Shown here: positions 13,237 through 25,100 of the stretch, piece after piece | Layout of the letters: the number at the start of each line of letters is the position of its first letter | Position numbering within the stretch: the stretch's first letter is position 1 | DNA from: Felis catus | Lineage: Eukaryota | DNA: 64,000 bases | Direction of reading: 5' to 3' | Assembly: GCF_018350175.1 (NCBI RefSeq) | Contig: NC_058383.1 | Coordinates: forward strand, 21,826,001-21,890,000 | Translations under genes and position numbers: made by a program | Notes under the pieces: generated by a model | The model's database searches: none | Told to the model about the DNA's origin: nothing | What the model saw: the letters and a program-made list of their open reading frames with translations, nothing else

Positions 13237-14838
13237 CTTCATCCAATTTATTAGTTTTAAGTTTTAGGACATGAAAAGGCATCAGTCTACCATATTTCCT
13301 TGTGTGTTATTAAGCCTAGGTTAAAACGTATTTATAAATATCAAAAAATTTACAGTGTCAATGTTTCTACAAAAAGAAACTATTTTGAATTTTCAGTGAA
13401 TGTCCACTCTTTTACTAGTATCTCTTAGTACTGAAGACTTTAAAAATGAAAAACTAAATTGAAAAAGAGCCACACTGGCCAAGCCAACTTCATAGCAAAT
13501 GACTACGTAGCTACATTTCTGTGTGGGAAGGCAAGATTCATTCTGGTGTTGGTTCTAATACGGGATCACTGTTCACCCACCATTAGTTTTTTAGAAATGC
13601 ATAAATTAGCAATGGCTTTTCCCCCCCCCCTTCAAATTAGCAATAGCTATTCTTTACAAGTCCTTTTAACATGATCTTAAAGATAATCTCAAAAGCCTGT
13701 AACAAAGAGAAGCCTTGATGAAGTGTTGAGACTACATTGCTGAAAAGAATTCTCATGAAATCTCTGAACACTCCTGGTAACCCCATTTTTATTAGTGTGT
13801 ACTGTTATCCACATATACCAGTGCCACACTACCCTTTATCAAGGATTTAAGTGGCTTACTTTATTTCTTTCATGATTACAATTCTTAAAAATGTTGATGA
13901 AAAATGTTAATGCCAAAGGATGTATTTAGGATACATAAATAGAAAAAGTAGGGCACACTATCTATACATACCTATGTATTAGCAAGGCTTTGTTAAAGTA
14001 AGAGACCAGCTGAAGCTGGCTTACGTAAATAGCAGTAATATAAAAGGACTTAAAGAAGAGCGAGCATGCTCCAAATCAGAGGTTTTGTCCTGTGTAGTTT
14101 TGTACAATAAGAACAGCATTCATTGAAGGAGTTAAAGACAGGAAAAAGTGGACAAGACAGATGGGGACACTTGCACAAATCAGAATGAATAAACCATTAA
14201 CTGGCTTTCTCTGAAATCCTAGGCTTAAACATTTTGGAGGGGACTTAGCACTCTTCATTTGGCATGCTGAGACTAGCAAAGGAGTTATTCTTAGGCCTCT
14301 GATTGTAAGGCTTTGCAATATCCTTGGCACAGTGAGGCAGCTGGTTATTGGAAGGCTACTATCTTCCAAATCTGTAGTAGCTCAAAAATTATTTTCCTCC
14401 CTTACAAATGTTGACACATCGCTGGTTTCCAGGAAGATTGCAAAATTTAACTTCAATCTAAAAAAAAAAAAAAGTTACTTTGTCTTATCAAACATTATGT
14501 GCAAGGCGTGGCTTGGCTTCTGGAATATAAACCACACATTCCTTTCGAGGCTCTCAGTCCCGTGAGGAAGACGATCAAAGCCCATAGAAAACAACTGGAG
14601 TGTCACCACAGCATATTCAGCGATGCCACTGTATCCTGGGTGTGCACCGGGGTGAGGGGGGGGCAGGGACTGCGAGGGAGTAGTTCAAAAAGGGCAAGCT
14701 AACTCTTGAACAATGGGTAGGAAATTGTGAGACGGGCAGAGGCGGAAGAAAATTCCAGCCAGATTAAAACAGCTGAGTGCATTAGGTAAGGAGACAGAAT
14801 GTGGACTTTCTGGGGACCAGCAAAACTAGGGGTTTCTG

Positions 14839-14893
14839 GCTGGGCCTTCCATGTTGCCCAACTTTCTAGCTGGGCCTTCCATGTTGCCCAACT
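14839..14893. repeat. Direct repeat, 25-bp core GCTGGGCCTTCCATGTTGCCCAACT x2, period 30
   Basis: Read directly. Confidence 0.95.
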
Positions 14894-16592
14894 CTGCCCA
14901 TGGCGGGGGTAGTTGGACTAATTAGGCACTGAGGTTTGAGCACCCAAGGTTGTCTTGCAGCTTCATAGGCAGTGGAATTTCCTCCTCAAAGGGGTATCAG
15001 ACATCAAAAGCCACTAGAATTTTTAAGGATCAAATAGACACAAGCACCTTACAGTGCCTGGCAGTCATTCCTTAACATTTCTCTCAAGTCTTTAATTTCG
15101 CTAAACACCCCATTCAGCACCCTTGTTTAGGTTTGGGAGTTCCACTGTTTTAGAACAGGAAGATGGGGAAGGGGGACAGGTTTGGGGAATGTCATGTGGA
15201 AATGGCAGGGCTTAGGCAACCACAGACAGTAGAAAGAGTAAGAGAAGAGTTAAAACCTCGGGCCTAAGTTGACGATGGAGCTGGAAGACCAGGCTATCTA
15301 TGAAATACTGGTTTCAACTTATGAGCAGAATCATCACAGATGAGGAATTCTGGAAAACTGTCATACGAGTGCACCGCAGTTAAAAAAAAGTCAGCTGAGA
15401 TTAAAATCAAAGACCAGAGGCTTGGTAAAGAAACTGACCTCACATGATGAAATTTATGCTGAAGAATTCTGGGTGCTAAAATCCTCAATGAATGGGGGAG
15501 ATATGATCTAGATCTGGGGTCCTGATTTACAGTAAGAGTTAAGAGGGTAGCCTAGCTGGAGTATCTGAAAGTAGAAACAGCAGTATGTGTTGTGGGGGTG
15601 GGGCTGGGAGCGGGCAGAACAGACATCCTCATCCCCAGTGATGGAGCCCTTTAAAGGAAAGTTGGGTTTAACTTATTTTAACAAACTTACTTTTGAGAAA
15701 CATTCAATAAACTTAACTCAGTTCTGAATGACGCTGTTTAACATGTGTCACCCACATTAATTTTTCTTTGAATATTAAATGCTGCATTAAAAAACACATT
15801 CAATGAAGTATGTATGTCTGCATTACTATCCACATGGCAGAGTCTGGAAATCCCGACAAGGCACAGAGACACGAGGTTAACAGAAGCAGGTTGCTGCTAA
15901 TGTAAATCCTTTCCTGTTCCATGATCACAGTCCAGTGGTACTCCAGAGCCACCCTCAGACTGGAGCTGATCTTTTTTCTCCTCCTCCTAGCAGCTGTCGT
16001 CTTGATCCCTGTTCGTGCTGCCTTGTTTCTATTCTTACCCCAACCCCCCCAAAACCTTTCGATAGCTTTTCATTGCCTACAATACTTCCTGATTGGCAGA
16101 CACAAAGGAAGAGCCCATCAGAGTCTAACCTAGTGCTCCCGGACCTACTGCAGCTTGCTTTTGTCAACCAGGCAAACCAAGTAGGCCTTAGAGGCTCACC
16201 GGTGTGTGCTCTCTAGCTGACAACTCATCAATGAGTTTCATACTCCTTTATCAGGGTTTCCAGAAAAATACATGACCATGTAAACAAATCACAATTCCTC
16301 ATGGCTAAAATGCAAGTCCAAACTTGTAATTACTTTATATGTTTAAGGCCCTTTCAGATTTTTTTCCCACCCAGAACTCCAGTTAATCCTGATTTCTTAT
16401 TTCTGGCCATCCACTACCAGCCCACTGATGAAGTCTATCCACCATGTTTGCTTCCCAATTTTGTACACTCAGTTCATCTTATGCTACAGACTCAAGGATA
16501 TTTTAAATGAGGAAATGGGAGGGGGGCAGAGACAGGACACACTTTCTTCAAGTAATGCAAATATTCAACATTTGAAAAGTTTACTGAAAACT

Positions 16593-16598
16593 TTTATT
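16593..16598 (-). terminator. Main RBBP6 poly(A) signal (AATAAA); 3'UTR about 400 nt
   Basis: tttatt on + strand 392 nt past the stop; AU-rich UTR with UGUA motifs upstream, GU-rich sequence downstream. Confidence 0.75.
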
Positions 16599-16989
16599 GT
16601 AATCAAAAAGTGACATAACGGGGTTGTAATGAATTCAGCAAATCATTCTGCTGATATTTTAGAACTGATATCAGCTTTTGCCAGGCAATTAAAAAAATTC
16701 AAATGTGAAAATTTCACAGTACAGTAAACTCCACCCCAACTAATTAATGGTGGTTAAAAATAATAGGCCCTAGCAAAACCTCTCATGTTACATGGTCACA
16801 ACTCACAATTCTGTACAAAAGTTCGTGTTATAAAGCTCTGATGTAAAAATCAAATAATCAAGCAGCAATATTTTAAGTGCAGCACAGGGTCTTCCATATC
16901 ATTATTTACAAGGCTTGAATCTCTTTACATTATAACAAAATTTAATACAGATGACTTAGTAATTAAGTCAATTTTTAAAATCTGTCCCT

Positions 16990-18559
16990 TTATACAGGGA
17001 CAGATTTCGCTTTTTGGTCATCTTTCTCCTTCTCCTTTTCTTTATCTTTGCTCTTCTTTGACTTCTTTTTCTTGTGTTTGTGTTTTTGGCTTTTTTCTAA
17101 CTCTCCTTCAGTGCCTGCATGCTTCTTATGCTTCTTGTGTTTTTTGTGTTTCTTGTGCTTCTTCTTTTCCTTCTTCTTCTTCTTCTTCTTGCTGTCCTGA
17201 CTCTCTGCGGAGCTGGCACTACTGCTGTGGCTCCGGGTCCGGCTGCCAGAAGGGCTATGACTTCTGCTTGGACTAACACTAGGGCTGCTTGGACTCTGGC
17301 TCCTGGCGGTGCCTACCTGGCTGGCTGCTGCCGTGTCCAGGCTGTCTTTTGCTTTCTCCACGACTTTATCTTTCAGTTCCTTAGCAATCTTTCCCGAAGT
17401 TTCCTCCTCTTTTACAGATATGTTGCTTTCACTGTCACTTTCATTATAGTCTGGTTCAAAAGCAGCTTCATCAGTTTCCCTAGTTAAGTCGGAGGAAAGT
17501 CGGGAGGAGTGGCTTAACTGTGGCTTAGGCTTGACAGCACTCTTGTCAATCTGCCCAGTAACTTGCTCCTTTTCAATCTGCGGGTCTGGTGGGTTAAGCA
17601 CATACAGTAATTTGTTGCCACCCGATTCTTTATTGTTCCTTGCTTCTAACGTGTGCTTCTCACGATCTTTACAAGGATTTTTATCTACAGATTTTGTCTC
17701 TTCAGTCGAGCGTTTCGTATCGTAAGTTGCTTTGTGATCATGAGGTTTTTTGTCTCTGGAGGGACTAGAATTGCTCTTTTTGGAATCTCCTGTTCCTTTT
17801 TTAGGCAAATCTCTCTCCTCCCTTGGCTTAGTTTTCTGTCCAGATGCAGAATCTTTACTTCGAGAAGGGGAGTCTTTCCTTCTTGTTAATTCATTCCTTT
17901 CGTCTCTACGTTTGGAACTTGAGTACTCTCTGTTGTCATAGTCTGTTTTTTTGTCTCTGTTGGGAGTGAAGTCTTTAGTTGAGGAACCTCGAACGGAATC
18001 ATGCTTTTCTGAAGTTCTTGTCTCTTTGGAAGATTGAGACAGACTTTTAAAATTTCCTGGTTCACTCAGACGGTCCAAGTTACTCTCTTTCTCTGGCTGA
18101 GTGCTGTTTTTCCTCTTTTCGGGGTTTTCCTTCTCCAACACCGAATGATCTCGATCTTTGGCTTTCGCCTTTTCACTGGATGCAGAGTTTTTTGAACTCT
18201 TGATCTCATGCTGTATAATTTCATGGCTAACTTCCTTGGTGAGTTTCTGAATTTTCTCTGACGACTCACTTTCTTTTTCAGTATACTTGACTGTATTTAA
18301 CGGTTTAGTGCTAACATTTTTTATAACACTGGCGGGTTTTCCTACACTTGACATAGGCTGTGTGGCCTTAACATCTTCTTCCTCAGATTCAAAGTCATCT
18401 TTATCCCATTTGGACTGAGGAACCTGAATCATAATAATAACGTCTTCAGCAGGAGCTGTGTTGTCATTATTATACTCTTCCATAGTTTTAATGACAGTCC
18501 GTTTTGTATCTGTTTTTTCTTCAGATTTCCGCACAGGACTGCCTCCAGTTGAGCTCGTG
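16990..18559 (-). CDS. RBBP6: RBBP6 exon 18 coding part (p53-binding region, Ser-rich and KKH-repeat basic tail)
   Basis: Within ORF 16990..18609: TSSTGGSPVRK...KKHKKHKKHKKH...KSVPV-TAA. Confidence 0.96.
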
Positions 18560-19061
18560 CTAAAAAGAATTAAAATGTTGTTAATAAAAAATCTGCTATT
18601 ACTAAACACTGATAAATAAGAGTTTTAAAAATAATTTATTTTGAGAGAGCCTGTGTGCACAGCATGTGCAGGGAAGGGGCAGAGCAAGAGAATCCCAAGC
18701 AGGCTCTGAGCTATCATTGCAGAGCCCGACATAGGGCTTGACCTCATGAACCAAGCAAGAGATCATGACCTGAGCAGACCTCGAGTCAGACACTTAGCTG
18801 ACTGAGCCACTCAGGTTCCCCTAAACACTGATAAATACATAAAGGCTAATAACTTAAACATAAGTGTCCTTTTAATTCTCAAAACCCAATTACCCTACTC
18901 TAATAGAGATTAAATGATTTAAAGACAGGATTACATAAAAATAAATACTGGCTCACAAAATCTACTTACTTCAACTCCTTTCTTTAAAGACAGGAGTAAA
19001 CCAGACTAAACCCTTCTTTTTCTTTTTTAGAGAGAGCGAGCGGGAAGGAGGGGCAGAAGGG

Positions 19062-19111
<50 letters not shown>

Positions 19112-22100
19112 CTTAAGCAGGCTCCAGGCCTTCTCTTTCCCAACATAGGACTCAATCCCACCATCCTGGGATCACGACCTGAGCTGAAACCAAGAGCTGG
19201 ACGCTCAAATGACTGAGCCACCTAGGTGTCCCAAACCTAACCCCTTCTTAATTTATAGGTTACATTTTAAAAGCATAAACATGGATAAAATTAAACTCTT
19301 TCCGAAAACGAACATCCATACCCAACCACCCATAATCAGATACCTTGTATAATCCACAAGAGTTGAGCTGGATCCCTCAGCTCCAGCTACTTTTCGTCTG
19401 ACCTTTCCTTTGACTTTTTCTTGTTTAACTTTGCTAGATGCTGACTCCAATTTTTCAGAGGGTTCTTTCGTATTAGATACATTTTCTGTACTCCCAATTT
19501 TTTTACCAGTTTCTCTGTTGAGCTTAATTTTTTTGGCTGGGGCAGTTGATGATGAAATTTTGTCTTTCTCAGGGGTCCTATCCATTTTTTCAATATCAGG
19601 TTCCATTTTGCGCTTTGGTGATGGTTTCACTATTTCAGTCATTTCCAGTTTAGAGACTTTCGTTGAAGAGGACTCAAAATCTTTCTCTACACTTTTCTCT
19701 TCGGTTTTTCTTTTTCTTTTTTCTCCCTTGCTATCAGGTGGCTTACTTTTCTCACTAGGCTTCTTGGCCTTTTCTTCCTTATTAGTTAGCTTTTCTGATT
19801 TGACGTCTTTGGGGTAATCCTTCTTCACTTTTTCCTCTTTGACTGGTTTTGTCTCTTGGTGTTCTTTTGCTGATTTAGAGTGAGCTTTTCTGGGGGTACC
19901 AATGGTCTTTTCATCTTTTTGGGAGGAAGATGATGATTTAGCATTATCAGTCTTTGGAGTCTCCTCTTTGGCTTTTTTAAGTGGAGGTTCAGATCGAGGA
20001 GATTTTTCACGCTCTCCATCTAGTTTTTCTTGGGGTCCCTTAGCAGGTTTTGCAACATTTTCTTTTTTGGACACAGTAGACCCATCATTTTTCCGTTTGG
20101 TCTTGTCACCTTTTGCTTTTGGTTTATCTTTCTCCCTCTTGTCTTTTTCAGACACCGACTTGAAAGTGATGGATTCTGCATCCATTGGTTCATCTCTAAC
20201 AGGTGTAGCATCATCTCTACTTGGGAGAACAAATAATGAGTCTGTTTTATTTTCTTCACTGCTTGTAGGTTCTCTTGATTTCCTAGAAGTTTCTAATAAC
20301 TCGGGGTTTAGAAAGCCTTCACTCTCTTCCCCCTTTCTTCTTTTCCTATGTTTCTTATGTTTGTTTCCTTTACCATCTCCGGGATTATTTTCGCTCTCCT
20401 TCTCTTTTGACTTTGTGTTGTCCTTCTGATTGTGACTATCTCTTGTTGAAAGCTTTTCTGGATAGTTGCCACCTAAGTTTCGACTTCTATGACTTTGTCC
20501 ACCAGCATAATCTTCTCTGCGGCCTCTCGTGAAGGGAGAATTTCTGATATTAAGAGGCAAAAATCTCTCAGGAGAAAAGTTCTCTCTATTTGCTGATGGT
20601 CTAGGCTGTGCTCCGGCAGCATAACCTTTATAATACTTTTCATACCACTCTCTATATTTTCTTTCCCATTCTCGGTAACGCTCTTTTTCAAATGGGTCTC
20701 TAAAGTCAACACTCCTCCCATAATAAGCTTTCATGTCATAAGGTGGCGGAACTTCTCTGTATCTATTAAAATATTCACGTTCTGTTTCCCCTTGAGGCAC
20801 ATTACGTTTATTGGGAGACTGTCCCCTAAATGCTTGAGGAGATCTTGACCGTGAATGGTATCGTCTATAGGGGGGTGACCTTGACCTAGATCGATGATAT
20901 CCATGAGATCTAGACCGTGAACGGTAATTTCGGCTCTTGCCTCTGCCTCTTCGGGGGTATGGAGGTGATCGGGAATAGGAACGAGAGTGTGAGCGGCTAA
21001 ATGATCGAGAGTAAGAACGTGAACGTGTTGAACCAGATCTTGACTTAGAATAAGTATACGAACTTCTTGAATATGATGAACCACTATAAGGAGATTTAGA
21101 CCTAAAAACAAAAAACAAAACAATAGTTGATAGTTGAGAAATATTTGCAAAATAAAATTCAGATTCTATAGCATGCTCTCCTCACGGTTCCATCTTTCTT
21201 TATATCAAATTTCATCTTAGATGATTAGAGAGGCACAGTGACCTCTACTGGAATGGAATAAAGTACACAAAGATCAGAGCAATCACTTGTTACAAAACAA
21301 AAGTGAAATCTTGACAATTAGAGTGAAGCGCATTCATGTACCGTGAGTTATATGAGCTAATTAACTTAACATTAAACAAAATTCCAATTAAATTTAAATT
21401 TTATTTCCTATCTGGTTATTTAAATAGGAGTAATTTCTTTGTCCTACGTTGTTGGCCAACAGTCTAGCACTTTGAAAGGAACCACAAATGTAAGCTTAAA
21501 AAGTCTTTTAAACAAACTTCCAGGGAATTTTTATAATTCACTTTTTCTGTCGATAAAACAATTTGTATTCTACCACTGCTTCATAATTACACAGGTTAAT
21601 GTTCCAGCAAGAAGCTGTAGCCTTAGGTAAAAGCGTCCTCAGAAATGTTCTTTGGCTAGTCCTCTATTTCTTTCCTTCCACAAACATTTTCCCAATTATT
21701 TCACACTATAAGTAACTTCAGGGGACAAGGGCAATTTAATCCCCAAAACTGCTAGTTCTACACAATAGAATTTACATTGAGACAATATTTCAATAAACAA
21801 ATATTGGGAAATAAGCTACATCTCCATTTCTAGAAGCCTGGATCGAATCAGAAAAATTCCGTAAGTGCAATGTTATTTATATCCATAGCTAATCCCTGGA
21901 TATTCAAAGTCCCATTTGTAATTCTGTTGTGAAGGCTTGCAAAACACTAACCTGGAAAATGAGCGCCTACGCTCCTTTTGAATCTTTTTGTATTCCATCA
22001 ATTCCTTAGCAAAATCATTTGTAAACTCATCTAGCTTGGACTTTTTCTTTTCCCTAGTAAAATAAAGTTAAAGAGTGAAAGTTAACAAAAACCATTTAAG

Positions 22101-25100
22101 AAAACTAACAAGACAAATGTAATTAGATCATGAATGAAATGAATGAAATTGCCATTAGTTTTCCACTTTAAAACTATAAATAACTAGGAGTCCCTGAGGA
22201 AGTTGCTTGTATGGCTTTGGTTTAATTTTTAGGTGATTTTTTTTGTACTAACTGGAAACAGTAGAAAATGTTTCCAAAGATAACCTGTTTAATGTTACAT
22301 CAGAAAATGAAAGTGTATGATAATTTCACACTGAAACACTCACTCTTCCTTCAGCCGTCGTTGCTCTCTATAGAATTCTTCCCTGGACAACGGTGGGGCT
22401 TGCGTTGTTGGGATGGTATTTGAATGAGCTGTCTGCACTCCTGATGATACCCAAGGTGTCGATAAATTGGCCGGAGCTGGCGGAAACCCTGGAGGAGGGA
22501 CACTATATCCAGCAGGTGGTGGCTGGCCAGGAGGAAACTGAGGAGAAAATTGTGGTGGAGGAACACCTGGAGGGAGAGGAAGTGTATGGGGAGGAGGTGG
22601 ATACAAAGGAGGGGGTGGGACAGGCACAAAAACTGGAGTTGCTGGTAGTGATGGGCCTTGAGTTCTCTGTGATCTTTCGCTGTGGTGTCGTCCGCGGTTT
22701 ATACTTCTGGAGAAATAAATTCCAAGATATTATTCCTTCAAACTAACATCACCCGAGACAAGTAAGCTTGTCTTTTCTATCCATAATTATCTTCAAACTT
22801 ACAAACAATGGAATAGAATCAACTATTCAAATAACACTGATATTTATATGTAAATAAAATTTTTAAGGCCACCTGGGGATTGAGATGATCCAAGTTTACA
22901 GCGCCTTCTCCATGAGGTGCTGCTATATTTAGAAGTTCTCTTTTGTGAAGTTCAGATTCATTACCCCTCCACAATGATCTTTGGTGACTTCCCAATCTGT
23001 CATTTAAAGGAACTGACAAGGCTAATGCCTCTCTGACCTAGGCCTCCCCAAAAAGCCTTCCAAGATCAAAACTTTAAATGAAGAAAAACCACCTCCTGTA
23101 ATCTTTTGAGGTAGGAAGTGTAGAAAGATCCTTCAATGTAGAGTAAGTATTAGGTATTTTTTATTTTTATAGTTTTACATAATTTTATTTCTCACCTGAC
23201 ATTGTATCATAAGCATGTCTCTAGGTCGTTAAAATGTCTTTGGAAACCTGGTTGTTAAATGGCTTCATGGTTTTGTGGGGGTGTTTTGTACTTAAAGTAC
23301 TTTTTATTTATTACATTTTTAAACACTGAGGTATAGTCACGGTTACATTATTAGTTCCAGGTGTGCAACACAGCAATTCAGTTAGGTCTGCATGTTACAT
23401 CATGTTCACAGTGTGACTGCCATCTGTCCCCACACCATACCATCACAGTACCACAGATTCATTCCCTATGCTCTTTCATCCTCAAGAAAGTAAGTTCCAC
23501 TTTTAACATCTGTAATCAACAGCTAAAAATCTCAATTATTTTCTCTCAAAGGGTGAGGTGAAAATTACAGTGCTGGCCAAAGTTTCTGAACTGTCGCTCT
23601 TAAAAGAAACAGTGGCTTTTTAAAAACATGGGCTCATTTCTGTTAAGCTAACGGTTCTTTAAATTCTAGGTAACTGGTACAAAGAACAGCAGCAGCCAGG
23701 GTTTAGATTTTAAGCCTCTTCAGAATCTGAATTGGTAACTATTATCTTCTATTAACATGTGATCTAGTAACAGAGTTACTTAGCAATTCTCAGTAGAGCA
23801 CTAGAAGACACCCTTAATATTCTTATTATAAAGTTCATTTGGAGGCCCTTTACCCTGGTGGCGAGAACGACCTCGATAAGACCTACGGCTTACTTTGCAG
23901 AATAACATGGTTTTTGCCTGTCCAGGGCAGGAGCCCCGAACAATCTCTTTGTCTCTTCTTTTGGAAAAGAGAAGGTGGGAGAAGACTGGGACAACTGAGT
24001 CCAGAAGAGAAATAAATGCAATTCTTTCTCACGCTTGAGAGGTAAGCTAGTTAACTTTTGCCTTAAACTGACACACCTTAAATACTGTCTGGGCCTTAGT
24101 GACTTCCTTCTACCCTCAAAAGAGTAAATGTAACCTAATATTCTGCTGTGTGCTGCAGGAAAATAGTCATTGGGAAGGAGTATTAAAGATGCAGCCTAAA
24201 AGCATCATTTAAAACACTAAATGTAACCTGTTCTTCTCTAGGCCTCAAGATCAACTACTGAGGACTGAAGTGAGATAAGCATAAAGCAAGTAATCTCCCT
24301 CCCTTGCCACTGCCATGCTTTCGTTTCTTTGTGTTCTATTTTTCAGCAGTGTCTTCAGATTAATTTTTCAAAATTTTTAAAAAGCATACCTGTAGCAGCT
24401 CCTCTCCCCCCTTCTAATTTGCTGTGGCGGAGAAACCAGATATCCAAGCTTATTGGAACTGTGTGGAAAGAAAGATAACATGGGATGGAGTATAATATAC
24501 AACCTCCTAGCGTGTAGACTTTAAAAGATACCTATTTTAACTACTCTAGAAGATTTTTCCTCTCCCTGATCCCCATTCGGAAACTTGTTCCAGATAGAGA
24601 AGATATGAGCAAGCATTACACTTACTTGAGTTAATTTTCCTCATTAATTTACTGTGACAATAACTAAACCTCAATGTACAGTATTTTCCGCAATATGGTA
24701 TTTCATTTAGCATCCTACAAGTGACTGTGAACTTGTTACAGAAGAGAAGAAGAGCCCTTTCATCTGCTAGGCGCCATGCCGGTGAGGAACTAGCACTGTT
24801 CCAATTCGGCAGATGAGGCAATGGGGCCGAGGAGTAAAACTGCATGCTCAATGTCATGGCACTGCCAAGTGCAGGGGCTGGAATTCCAACTCAGGCCTAC
24901 CTGTCTCCAAATCCCTTGCTCCTTCTACTGAAAGAATCCACTAAGTCTCTCATTTAGTCTATTTGTTTAAATAAAATATTTGATTTATCTTTAAAAGAAA
25001 AATCATAGTTTTAGAATAGAAGCCAGTTTATGCAAATATGTAAGCCTGTTGATATAGACTAAGACACAAACGATTGCATACGTAGACAATAAGTAAACAT

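Noticed and set aside
15921..16216. Purine-rich minus-strand segment past the main poly(A) site as an alternative terminal exon
   Set aside because: No convincing acceptor/frame link to RBBP6 and no recognisable peptide; may be old repeat
17058..21150. Many + strand and alternate-frame ORFs (up to 175 aa) over exons 17-18
   Set aside because: Shadows of purine-rich, low-complexity RBBP6 coding sequence; Ser/Phe/Leu-rich with no domain features
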